A DNA stretch of 63,880 nt, the filler included, from Intoshia linei (lineage: Eukaryota; Animalia; Orthonectida), in the NCBI GenBank assembly GCA_001642005.1. It is 6 parts of 6 records of this genome, joined end to end, with 100 filler letters (N's around TTAATTAATTAA, not from the genome) between each part and the next. Parts side by side here need not be neighbours in the genome. Positions count along the whole stretch, not along the records: positions 36,208 to 62,431 come from LWCA01000477.1; positions 62,532 to 63,880 come from LWCA01002657.1; 4 more parts are not named here. The stretch is one strand, 5' to 3'. The number at the start of each line of letters is the position of its first letter. Positions within the stretch are counted from its first letter, which is position 1. Of this stretch, positions 50,491 through 63,880 are shown in pieces. The position numbers and the translations under genes were made by a program. A model generated the notes under the pieces. The model was not told the origin of the DNA and searched no databases. It saw only the letters and a program-made list of their open reading frames with translations.

Positions 50491-53291
50491 TCAAGTTGAT
50501 ATACTCATTTGAATATCTGAAGGTTCGTGTGGCTCTGTTGTAATCTGATAATTATTGGACCGTTTGCCAAACTTGTTTCTCCAATATTCTCTATGACATA
50601 AATTCAGTTTCCAATTTCTGGGATGATTCTAAATATAAATTTTTAAATTAATAATGAAAGTATTACATCAATGAGCCATCGACCAGACGTGGTATCAGGA
50701 TTTCTATAGGCATAAATAAACCATCCACCAGAACCGACAAGAGAAATGCATAAAAGTAAGACAAAAAATAATCCAATGGCTGATAAACCACCTAAAAGAC
50801 ATGTTAATTTTTAAAAATAAAATATTTTTACGGACAATAGGTGGGTTTTCCAACTGTTTATCGTTTTCTCGTCTCTCATTTTCGCCTAATGTTTAAAATA
50901 AAATATTAACATGTAAATAATAATAAATTTACTAATGACACATTCCGAGTTGGTTGTTATATTCTAACTTTTTTAAATTATATCTTTATGCAAAAAAAAC
51001 CTGTAAATGACATTTTGAATCATGCCAATACTGTCTTTTTCGATCTATTCCATCTGAACAATGTTCAGTTTCGGCACACCACGTACAATTGAATTTCTTT
51101 ACATTTGATATACAATCTTCACAATTTTTTTGTAAAATACAGGCTACATAAAAATAATTATTTTACAATTATTGTTAATAATAATAATAAATCACTGGGC
51201 AATGGATCCACAAAAATGATATCTCCTTCATTTACATTGGCAATTGGAATTTCAATTCGATGATACTCGTAAATTTCTTTGTAGTAATCTAAAAAGTACA
51301 CCATTTATTCCAATAATTATTTTAATATATAATAAATTACGTCCATATCCAGTTTGACGTTTCATATAATATGCGTCAGATACACCAATTTTAACTGGAT
51401 GTTCGCTTGTGTCAATCAAATCAATTGACATTCCAATCTTATTATAACCAAATATGAGTTGCCCCGTATCCCGCAATACTACGAAGAATGAAAATCGAAC
51501 ATCTAATAACAAATTATCATTTTTTAAACAATCTAAACTGGATAAATTTGGATTTTCCGTTACATTATGGTTTAAATGTACATCTTTCCATTGAACAATA
51601 ATACTGGTATCTAAACAGATGACGTTTGTTAGATATTATTAACCATTTGAGTATATAAAAACTTTAGATTTTTCATCTATGGATGTATCGAAATTTGCCA
51701 TTAATGGTGCAATGTATTGAGTTATGGTTAGAAAACTGTGAATATATTCGCTCATATACAAAAAGCCTAAAAGAATATATTTTACATTTTATGTCTCATT
51801 TACCTCCTATAGCTATAGTTACTTGTTTAAGGTTGTGCCCATAGAATGGAAAATTAAATGGTATCTTTTTGATCTAAATTTTAATTTTAAAATTTAATAC
51901 AGCGGTACCTTATACATGCTGATACCGGAAAATTTATTTGAAAATGTTTAAAATAGAAATATTATAATTATTAAATTTGCCTCAATTTGTAAAGTTTTAT
52001 TTGTAAATGGTCGCTTTTGTATAGATTTTGTTAAAATTATTCTATACATTTTTAACTAGACTTTTAAAGTGTTTTTAAGATTTTATTAACAAAACTTTCA
52101 AAGGGTGTTTTTAAGATTTTTTTAACCAAACCTTCAAGGAGTTTTTCAAGATTTTATTTTTAACCAAACTTTAGAAAGGGGTTTTTAAGATTTTTTAACC
52201 AAACCTTCAACGAATAATTTAAGATTTTATTTTTAACCAAACTTTAAAAGGGGTTTTCAAGATTTTTTTTAACCAAACTTTCAAGGTGGGTTTTAAGATT
52301 TTTTTAACCAAACCTTCATTCATATACCTTCATCCAATAATCTAGAGGTGATGGTTCAATAAGGTTGAGAATCTCTGGCTTATCAATAAAAGTTGTAAAA
52401 AATGTGTAAGGTAATCTTAGTCTAATTTGAAAACATTATAAAAAATAAAATATTATCATAAAATATCGAGTTAAAAATTTTCCAATAAAAAATTATTGAA
52501 ATAATAGTGTCACAATTATCGTATGATAGTATAAAAATTGACAAGACTAAAAGTAAGATTTGCATAAAAATGAGAAAAGTAAATTCAGCATACAATAAAT
52601 AAAAACTTACAATAGCAGTTCTGTAGGTACTAGAAAGATCATCATGTTGGTGTTCTGAAATTTCAAAAAGTTTAACCTTATTAAAAATATCAATTCGCTC
52701 TTCAGCTCTAGCTTTCCGATAGGTATAATATTCTTGATGAACCTATTATCCAATAAAAGTATACAATTAATGAATTTAAAAACTTGAATAAAACTTTCTG
52801 CTTCAATTTGAGTATTTTCCACTTCCTGAATTCCAGGGGTCATAGGATTTGTGCCTATAAAGATAAATTACCATAAAAATAAATACCACTTGTAATTGTA
52901 GTTTCTTTAGATGTAGTCGTAATTATAGTTGTTTTTGTTGTAATTGCCGGTGAAATGATTTTAGTGGGAGCATTAGTAGTAGAGGGCTCATTAGTCGTCG
53001 TTGTAGTACTAGTCGTAATTGATATTGGAATTTTCGTTGTAGTTTCAGTGTTTACATTTACCGGTTCTTGCTTTGGTATACTTGTTAATATGTTGGTATT
53101 TTCATTAGAAACTCCTTCATCCAAACTACGTTTAATTATCACATGTCTATCGCTGTCATTAACTAAAATTGGCCTTAAAAATTGAAATAAATTATATTAC
53201 CTTCGTAATTTTCAATTTTATATATAACTGGTTTATTGCATGAGCATTCTTGGTAAACAAAGAATAACAAAAATACCAACAAATAATTCAT
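50491..53291 (-). CDS. Plexin domain-containing protein (PLXDC1/2, TEM7 family), complete multi-exon gene
   Basis: Signal peptide MNYLLVFLLFFVY, Thr-rich stalk, FPFYGH..GGFLYM..TQYIAPLMANFDTS, G.LIFGY..HPVKIGVSDAYY, IYEYHRI, PSI domain CEDCIS..FNCTWC..CSDGIDRKRQYW, TM segment, then YAYRNPDTTSGRWLI. Confidence 0.9.
52060..52317. repeat. Intronic minisatellite, ~35-bp degenerate units
   Basis: About 7-8 copies of TTTAAGATTTTTTTAACCAAAC(C/T)TTCAAxGGGGTT. Confidence 0.85.
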
Positions 53292-54429
53292 CCAAAAAGA
53301 TCTAATTACAAAATACAAATTTTTACATTATAATGTCATGTTTATTTGTTTTCCACCAATTAATCAAGACATTTTTATTGAATTTATTAATTTGTGAAAT
53401 GTTTCAAAAAATTAAAGAAACCTTCAATTAACTTGTAAATTTTGAAATTTTCCTAGACATTAAAATAGTCAGTAAGGTAAAGACAGATAGAGCGTAACAA
53501 AGTGTATTGGTTACAAATATATTAAATTATGTTTATTTAAAAAGGTTAATGTTGCGTAATAATTTACGTAGTAATGGTTTCCAATATTGATTCATATTAT
53601 AATTCTCGTTGTTACAGCTCATGTGATTCTTGTCAGATTTACAGTAAATTTGTTATCTGTAATCTACACTGACCTACAATGAAAATAGAATTGAACCCAG
53701 ATAAAATTATGTACTACGATTTCTATAATGTCTAGTAGGAGTTCATTGGACAGTATCCACTTTTGATGTTTTGTTTTTTTATGAGAAAACCCATTTGCAC
53801 GTGGATGCCTGTTTGATTTTAAGCATTTACCCCCAAAATAATCGAAATCGGTTAATATTTACCCCCTCAAATGTAATTATTGAAATTCATACAAAAATAT
53901 AAAATATAACTTTATTTTATATATAGTCAGCTTTATGTTAATTGCTTTAGTTGCAAAAACTTTGATGTGTTTACCATGTTTTATGCACCATTTTGTTTTT
54001 TTAAATTCAGTTCTAGCTCATTTATTTTGGTTTTTAATGATATTTGAAATCCTTATAATTATAATAAACCCTAAAAACTATAGATAAAGTTAATTTGTAA
54101 ACTCAAATTGGAAAATTTTTTTCAAAAATGAAAAAAGCCTTAGAAGTTAAAAAAGTTAATCAAAAAATCATATCCAATTAATAGACAAAAAATTTCAATC
54201 TGACAAAGTGATACTTTCATTGTCAAAAAAGCACTTTAATATTAATTTTTTTGGGTCTTGTTCAGAATTGCCAGATTTAAAAGTATATATTGCGCAGAAT
54301 AGTGCGTTGGAAAACTTTATTAAAATATTAAAAATTTCAAATTGATTTACTAGAAATAATCATTTACATTGTAAATATAAAATTTTTAATTGAAATAATG
54401 AACTTTAACAAACAAAAAAAGTACTGATG

Positions 54430-54990
54430 TATACAGGTGGCGCTGTCGAAAACCATGCACAAAGGAAATGTCCATACGAATAGGTACTTTTTTTGAGCAA
54501 AGCCTTTTATATATTCCAAAAACTCTGAAGTTCATTTATTATTGGGCGTTTAATGTTGCTTCACTTAAACTCCTAAATAGGGAGTTGAAGATGTCATCTA
54601 TAACATGTGTTGATTGGAATGACTTTATGAGAGATATTTTTATCTCAATGATTATATATTATCCAGAAAGGATTGGGGGCATGGCAGTGAGGTTCAAATT
54701 GACGAAACTCAATTCTTCAAAAGAAAGTACAACCGTGGACAATTATACCCAGAACAGTGGGTTTTCGGTGAAGTCGAATCGCAGTCGAAAAAGTGTTTCA
54801 TTGTTCTCGTACCATTGAACCTGGTTCCTTTATTATGTCTGATGGCTGGAGATCCTATACGAGAATTCCATTATATAGCTTCGACCATGGCGTGGTAAAC
54901 CACTCACAAAATTTTGTGGACTCTGACAGGTTACCACACAAATAAGATTGAATCATTATGGGCTTCATTAAAAAGACGAAACAAATTTAC
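54430..54990 (+). mobile_element. Merlin (IS1016/ISXO2-like DDE) transposase relic
   Basis: SIRIGTFFEQS..FIYYWA..TCVDWNDFMRD, then after a frameshift IGG.GSEVQIDETQFFKRKYNRG..EQWVFG.VE..SKKCF and VNHSQNFVD..HTNKIESLWASLKR. Confidence 0.85.
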
Positions 54991-55382
54991 AAAACTTTTA
55001 ATGATTAAGTAATGAAAATATATATTTCTATATCTGAAATTAACTAATAAATATTTTCTAAAAATTCTATTTGAAATAATTACGAAAATTTGAATTATAC
55101 AAATTTAATTTTCAAATGACTGTGCTTGAAATTGTGAATAAAAAGTTCATTTTAAAAGTTCATATGAAGTAGGGTTAAACTAAACATGACCCATTTTTTT
55201 TATATTTAAACTACATTAATTATTTCAAATAATTAACGACCTACAAATTAAGAAAAATAGATTATTCTGATACAACTTAGTTCGGTAAAAAACGCAACAC
55301 CTCACAACTGTGAAAAAGAGTCATGTTACAACTTGTAAGTTTACAAGACCCGTTAAATGTACACAAAATTGATGAACTTTTA

Positions 55383-55925
55383 GGTTCTTATGTACTTTAG
55401 GACCAATAGTTTGAACTTTTTCATTTAAACTTTTTAATTTTATTTGTTTTGTTGTTAAAGATATTTATGGATACAAATTTATTTATACAATGAACCAATT
55501 ATTGACTGTAAAATCGATGTTTTATGATATTTTAAAAATTAATTAATTATAATTAAAAAATAAATAATGAATGTTTAATTGTTTCAAAACATGATTAACA
55601 TTTTATTAATTAAAATTAATTTTGTTGAGGGTATAATAATGCAATATTAAGTATCATAAATATAAATCAATAAATTAAACAACCATTAAATAACATCAAT
55701 TTGCTCTAATTAACCTAATATTAATTAGGTTGTATTTTACAACCTTAAATTAATTAATTTATTAATTAGATTCATTTATCTAATATAAACGTAATTGCAT
55801 GCATTAGTAAAATATCAGTACTACCGCTCTGATAATGGGAAAAGTTCATTTTAAAAAGTTTTTTTATTTATAACAAAGTTCAAATATAAAAGTTTAAACT
55901 ATTGATCCTAAAGTACATAAGGACC
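55383..55925. mobile_element. MITE with GG...CC ~37-bp TIRs and an 8-bp TSD (Merlin-like)
   Basis: GGTTCTTATGTACTTTAGGACCAATAGTTTGAACTTT / AAAGTTTAAACTATTGATCCTAAAGTACATAAGGACC; TSD AACTTTTA on both sides. Confidence 0.8.
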
Positions 55926-56097
55926 AACTTTTATTTATTTTATAAGTTTGTATAGTTATAAAGATTTGTAAATGAATTACAGTTTATATTGCTATCGCAT
56001 AGACTACAAACCAATATTTGAGCGTAAATACATTATAAATCAAATAAAAGCATAAAAAAAGTTTACGTTTATTTGAATTGAAAGTATAATTATAAAA

Positions 56098-57816
56098 ATG
56101 AAAAATATTAAAACAATATGCCCAATTTGTCGAAACAATCAAGTGAATTTATTTGAAATTGAATTTGGTTTAAACTGCCTGATGTGCGTTAACGAAACGG
56201 TAAATTAATATTTATAAATATATAAAATATAGAATTTTAGTGTAATTTTCCATTTGAAAATTTTAACAGCAATGTATTTTTATTTGAAAAAAATGTACTA
56301 TTGAATGATTCAATAAATCAAATTTTAAAAACCTACCCAAACCTTAATTTTTATGAAACAACATATGAAAAAGTTATTCAATGGACTAATTCTGGAAATA
56401 ATTGTTGGTTGGATGTCATATTATGTTATTTAGTAAATTCTACTGCGACTACCAAAACATTTAATAAATTAAATGACGATTGGATTGGAACCATAATTGA
56501 AGAGTATGAATCGATTCTTAATGATTGTAAGAATATGGCGAATAATGTCTCCAATTATCCTAAAATTGTAGATAATGTTTACAGTGAACCTACAAATACT
56601 CCAAATTTATTTTTCAAAATTGGAGGACGAAGTACCAATAATAATGCAATTTGTAATTTTTTACCCAATATCGAACCCAATGATGGAATGTCAGTTATTA
56701 CTAGAATGGACAAGTGTAGAAGCCAGTTTTGTCGACGTTTGGATTCAACAAAGTTTAAATTTAATTTTGCCAATAATCCCATGCTTTTATTACTTTACAT
56801 TTACAAAAATAATGAACGTTTTAAAGGACTTATAAACATTTGTTATACTAAAAGTGTCACATGCAATGAATGTGCTACTGAGAGAACCGAAAAGTAACTT
56901 TTTTTAATTTTTACATTATATATAATTGTTTAGAGTCAATGGATGTGTTCTCACGATTAATAATTTTTATTCTGTTTCATTACCTAAAGCCACTTTTCCT
57001 TCAGTCTGTAACGATTGTGGAAATCCTAAACAAAAGAATTCTATTTTTATCGATAGGTTAGACTTTTTTTTTTGTTTTTTTTTTAATTTTAATTACAGTG
57101 CTTCGGATGTATTAATTGTACATTTTCGTTTTGGAACTCAATCATTAATCAATATGCAATCAATTAATATCAACAATGTTACATATCATTTGAAAGCCAT
57201 AATTCTATACAAAGAAGCGATAAGTCATTTTGTTATTTGGATTCATCATCATGGTAAGTAAAGTATCGTAGATTTAGTACTGTATATTCGTTTGATTATA
57301 TTTAGTTTTGGGTGAGTTTTTTTCATTTTTTATATGGTAAGTGTGTCAGTTCTGAAAAGACACCTATTGGCCTTGCACTATTGCTATTGGTGTAGCACAT
57401 TTAATTTTCAACTCGATTTTCTCTTTTTGGTTTATACTTTATAAAATTTTAGACTAATTACTTGTTTAGATGAGTGGATCCTGTTTGATGATAATTGTTC
57501 CGATTTTATTCAACCTGTCGACGCTTTTAATTTAGCTAATATCCAGAGCAATAACGTTAATCTTATTATATTTGAAAAGGAAATTGTTGCGTCTGTTACG
57601 AAAAAATTAAAAAATACAACTTTAATGGATAATTGTCACTACACACCAAATAATAACATATATTCCATTAACCCTAATAATAGATTCAGTCAACATACCA
57701 ACTATTCTCACATTCAGAGGAAACTTGATTCTATCAAAATTATGAATCGTATTAGAAATAATCAAAGTGTATATTATATTAAGTTGGCTGATTATTTAGA
57801 TAGGTCGATTGGATAA
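56098..57816 (+). CDS. USPL1: SUMO-specific isopeptidase USPL1-like (peptidase C98), 5 exons
   Basis: N-terminal CPIC..LMCVNET/CNFPF; Cys box IQWTNSGNNCWLDVILCYLVNS; CxxC pairs; His box YHLKAIILYKEAISHFVIWI/..EWILFDD. Confidence 0.8.
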
Positions 57817-58479
57817 TTGTGTTATATTAAATGTATTTTTTATTTGTTTAGTATTACTAAGCTAGGACATTCTTCAATGTCAAAAGTTTAATCAATTCAA
57901 TCGAAAACTAAAAAAATTTACCGTTATGTTAAAAAAGTAATAATGTATGAAAATATCAAGATCATTTATACTTTCCCACCTTGGATGTAGGTCCATCCGT
58001 TTAACCCAATTACGTTTTTATCATTAAATAAGATTTAATCTGAAATATTGTAAAAGCTTTGGTATCTTCAATCAAACTGAGCGCAGTCTTGAAGTAGAAT
58101 GAACATTTCATAGCCTTTTTGAGTAAAAGTTTAACATACGCATCTACGATATTCACCTCTAGAAAATATACTAGAAATTTTGTGGATAATAGAAATACAT
58201 AAACCGGTATGTATAAAAATAATTAAACAGAAGGTGTCTACTTAAATCCAACTATTTTTACTAAAAATTAAAATTTACCACACACTAAAAAGAAAAATTC
58301 AGTTTTACGGTCTAATTTTGTCTATACAAGTCAAACATAATTTAGGAAAAAATTGATCAAAATTTGGTTTGTAAATTTAATGTACATCGCTTATTTGTAA
58401 AAATGATAAATTAGTGAATAAATATTTATTACTCATAAAAGTCGTCAAAAAGTAATATACATTCATTTATTTGGTAAAA

Positions 58480-58605
58480 GTGGGTTTTTCCCTTAATGTT
58501 TAATAAAACTCGATTTTTCCCTTAAAGGTTGGTAAAAGTGGAATTTTACCTAAAGGGTTTTTAAAACCAAATTTGTCCTTTTAAGGTTGATAAAACTGTG
58601 ATTTT
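58480..58605. repeat. Degenerate ~29-bp tandem repeat
   Basis: About 4 copies of GGTAAAAGTGGxTTTTTCCCTTAAAGGTT-like units. Confidence 0.6.
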
Positions 58606-59027
58606 TGATAAAATAAAAGTGACCAGAAAAAATACGTACTATCAATTTTAGTTTATTTGATGTTAAATATAAAGCTAAAACTACTTATCTATGATGATGA
58701 TTAAAAAGTTTCGGCTTAAAATTTATTCCAAATAAACTAAAAGTGATAGAACGTATTTTGATTGAAAATTTTGTCGACAATATCAAAAATAACACATTTG
58801 AAATTTTTAATAATATTGATTACAGCGCCCCTAAATATTTCAAAAGCCCCTTGGACGATAACACCCACATTGAGAACCACTGATGTAGTATAATGCCACA
58901 GAAAGGAATTACCCCGTATAGTACCGCTGTTTTAAAACAACTTATTTAATTTAACAGATTGACCCTGAATTTGTCTAAAAATGTATTAAAATTTGTAAAT
59001 AATGTAAACTTTACAAATACACTATAT

Positions 59028-59520
59028 CAGTGGTTTTCAACCGGGGCGAAAAATTTATAAGGGGGTCGTGAGACTGAAAATTTTATGAATATATTTATTT
59101 ATTTTAATATAATATTGACGGGAATATTTTTACATTCTGTATTACAATTTAAAATGTTCTTCTTCACTCAATATATAAACTATTCCGGATAAAATACAGG
59201 ATGAAGTAATAGATTTAATAAATGATTCCACTGAACGGAATATTTTCTATGAAAAACCACTAAGTAATTTTTGGTGTGATATGATTGATTAATATCCAAA
59301 TGTATTTACGATTGCTTTGAGATTGCTGCTATTTTTTCCGTCAACTTATCTGTATGAAGCAGGATTTTATACGCTTGTTCATATAAAAACAAAGTTAATA
59401 AATAAATTGAATGTTAAGGATGATATGAGGCTCGCCTTATCGCATACACTGCCCAGGATATCAAAAATTGTAGCTGTAAGCTAAAATGCAACCTCAAATT
59501 TCACATAAAGAAATTAAATT
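59028..59520 (+). mobile_element. hAT Buster/Charlie-type relic (C-terminal dimerisation region)
   Basis: CAGTGGTTTTCAACC terminus; FWCDMID*YPNV..IALRLLLFFPSTYLYEAGF..LVHIKTK..NKLNVKDDMRLALS..PRISKIV. Confidence 0.85.
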
Positions 59521-59915
59521 TAGTTATTATAATAATACATTGACATGTTTTATTAATAAAACAAATGGTAATTTGGTGTTTTGACCAATAAAAATAGACC
59601 ACTTAAAATTGAAGTTGTTGAAAATATATGTTATTAATAGAATAGTTGATGTCACTAATTTATCTTTTAGTAACAATCAATATTTTCGATAACTTTGACA
59701 TTGTAGCAAATTTTATCAAAAATCAGATACAATACAATAGTTGGTTAAATAAAATTTTAAGTAATATTGGCCCTCCTGATTTACACTAAATGTTGTTTGT
59801 TCGGTTATTGTTTCTTAGATATATTATTCCTTAATTAAAAAATAAACATCCAATACAGAAGTAAAATTCATTTGTTGATTTGATTTATAAATTGAAATAT
59901 TTTATCTTTAAAATA

Positions 59916-62431
<2,516 letters not shown>

Positions 62432-62531
62432 NNNNNNNNNNNNNNNNNNNNNNNNNNNNNNNNNNNNNNNNNNNNTTAATTAATTAANNNNNNNNNNNNN
62501 NNNNNNNNNNNNNNNNNNNNNNNNNNNNNNN
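62432..62531. other. Artificial contig spacer
   Basis: 44 N + TTAATTAATTAA + 44 N. Confidence 0.97.
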
Positions 62532-63039
62532 ATTTATCGTGTCAGTATTTTTCTTATTGATTTGTCAGTATTGGTGATGGTTTGTCAGTATTTAAATTGG
62601 CAGGGCAGTAAAAAAATTATTTTGTTAGTACAGGCACTTAAAATACTGAAAAACCATCTACAATACTGAAAAATAATTAAAAATCAATAAGAAAACAACT
62701 GACACAATTAATTAACACATTAATTGACATAATTGACATAAATTGTTTTTATAAAACAATATTTTCTGGTGTGAACACCATAGAATATTTCTAATTTTTT
62801 TGTTATTTGGTTTGTAAGTATAATATGGTATCTCAATATTTCAGTTTTAACTTGGGTCTGTAGTAGATGATATTATATCAATTTACATGACAATACAATT
62901 ACAAATACAATTTTGACAAATGAACGATTTAAAAATACGTCAACACCTATAATAAATTTGAAATAATTCATATCTAAATTGATAGATTTCATCTGATTCT
63001 TTTCTAAACAGAGAATTAAATTATCAAGAACAAATTTTA

Positions 63040-63440
63040 ATATTAAAATTACACGAACAAGGAAAATCATTGCGTGAAATTAGCAAACAAGTGGGTCGGC
63101 CCTAGTAACTATTTCTAAAACCCTGAAACGGCTCCGGGAAAATAGAAGTAATTAAATAAGTGGTATAACAGGTCGAGGAAGGTATCTGATATCCGCGACA
63201 ACAGAAATTTTATTAGATTACACTAAATTCAACCTCAAATGAGTTTATCCCAATGAAAAAACAAATGGACACTAGATGCAAGTAACAGCACAGGTTGTAG
63301 AAGGCTGATAAAAACGGAATAAAATGTTATGCAGTTAGCCAAAAACCCAGACTTTCTGTGAAAATATTTCTAACCGTTTAAGCTTCTGCTTCAATCCCTG
63401 TAGTTGGTCAATGGATGCATGGCAAAAAGTCATTGTAGAT
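63040..63440 (+). mobile_element. Tc1-like transposase relic (N-terminal HTH region)
   Basis: HEQGKSLREISKQVGRP..ISKTLKR..TGRGR..KKPRL..W.KV; frameshifted. Confidence 0.6.
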
Positions 63441-63558
63441 ATGATAGCATATACATAAAAAAAGAATATGACTAATTTTATGATATGATTATGATATTAT
63501 GATATATGATTACAAATATGATAAAATTTATCTCATTGACTCAAACTCCAATATACGA

Positions 63559-63880
63559 TTACTTTACATTTTTATTTTTGGAATAATACAAAGAAGATGT
63601 CATAAATATTGCTGCAAAAGAAACGAACGACGCTGATGTGGAAAATACAACATCGTATTGATAAAATCTGTCGTGTACTAGTCCAGAAATTATGGGACCG
63701 ACTAGGAGGGGTATTGACATAAATGTCGATACTGCTCCCAATCCCAAAGTTGAATCTTTTTTGCCGAGAAAGTGACTACATAAAATAGAAATCAAGCATT
63801 TCATTCCACCGTTACACACTCTTATCAAAAAACAGACAATTGATAAACCTATTACGTTATGGATCATAATGGGTATCATA
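63559..63880 (-). CDS. C-terminus of an MFS transporter, monocarboxylate (SLC16/MCT)-like
   Basis: Last helices ..FLGKKDSTLGLGAVSTFMSIPLLVGPIISGLVHDRFYQYDVVFSTSA.. fit the MCT pattern LxGPPxxGxLxD...Y...F. Confidence 0.7.
   Translation of the reverse strand, partial: MIPIMIHNVIGLSIVCFLIRVCNGGMKCLISILCSHFLGKKDSTLGLGAVSTFMSIPLLVGPIISGLVHDRFYQYDVVFSTSASFVSFAAIFMTSSLYYSKNKNVK

Noticed and set aside
50670-50792. Apparent frameshift in the PLXDC transmembrane exon
   Set aside because: Re-reading shows a continuous frame (..LVGSGGWFIYAYRNP..).
52060-52317. Regularly spaced repeats resembling a CRISPR array (also 17192-17285 and 58480-58605)
   Set aside because: Units are contiguous and degenerate with no unique spacers, there are no cas genes, and the context is eukaryotic.
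57960-58165. Moderately GC-rich minus-strand stretch that could be an exon
   Set aside because: About 50 codons with no recognisable motif or partner exons.

Overview
This is AT-rich eukaryotic (animal) genomic DNA, not prokaryotic. Genes are split by many very short (~30-50 nt) GT-AG introns plus a few long introns filled with transposons, so the ORF track shows only exon fragments. The window is six contigs joined by five identical 100-nt spacers (44 N + TTAATTAATTAA + 44 N). Genes break at the spacers and do not resume, so neighbourhood across them means nothing. Genes recognised by manually splicing exons: IFT74 (-), ACSBG-type long-chain acyl-CoA synthetase (+), EFR3 (+, 3' cut), an orphan with Q/N repeats and an acidic tail (+, 5' cut), PIP5K type I (-, 3' part only), RAD1 (+, only the C-terminal half visible), a LAMP-like membrane protein (+), RFC1 (+, 3' cut), CRNKL1 (-), ACADS (+), PLXDC (-), USPL1 (+), OAT (+, 3' cut) and an SLC16-like transporter (-, 5' outside the window). 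Mobile DNA is abundant: hAT relics and MITEs with 8-bp TSDs, a Merlin transposase relic and MITE, a piggyBac-type MITE, Tc1 and DD41D relics, a Ty3/Gypsy pol relic, and a high-copy Helitron-like family. Animal-type genes (PLXDC, USPL1), a cilia gene, divergent proteins and tiny introns suggest a fast-evolving ciliated invertebrate; the orthonectid Intoshia is a guess only. I found no clearly new multi-gene system. The best leads are the prion-like Q/N repeat protein, the half-length RAD1 only 62 bp upstream of the LAMP-like gene, and the transposase/MITE pairs. All homology calls come from motif recall, not database searches.
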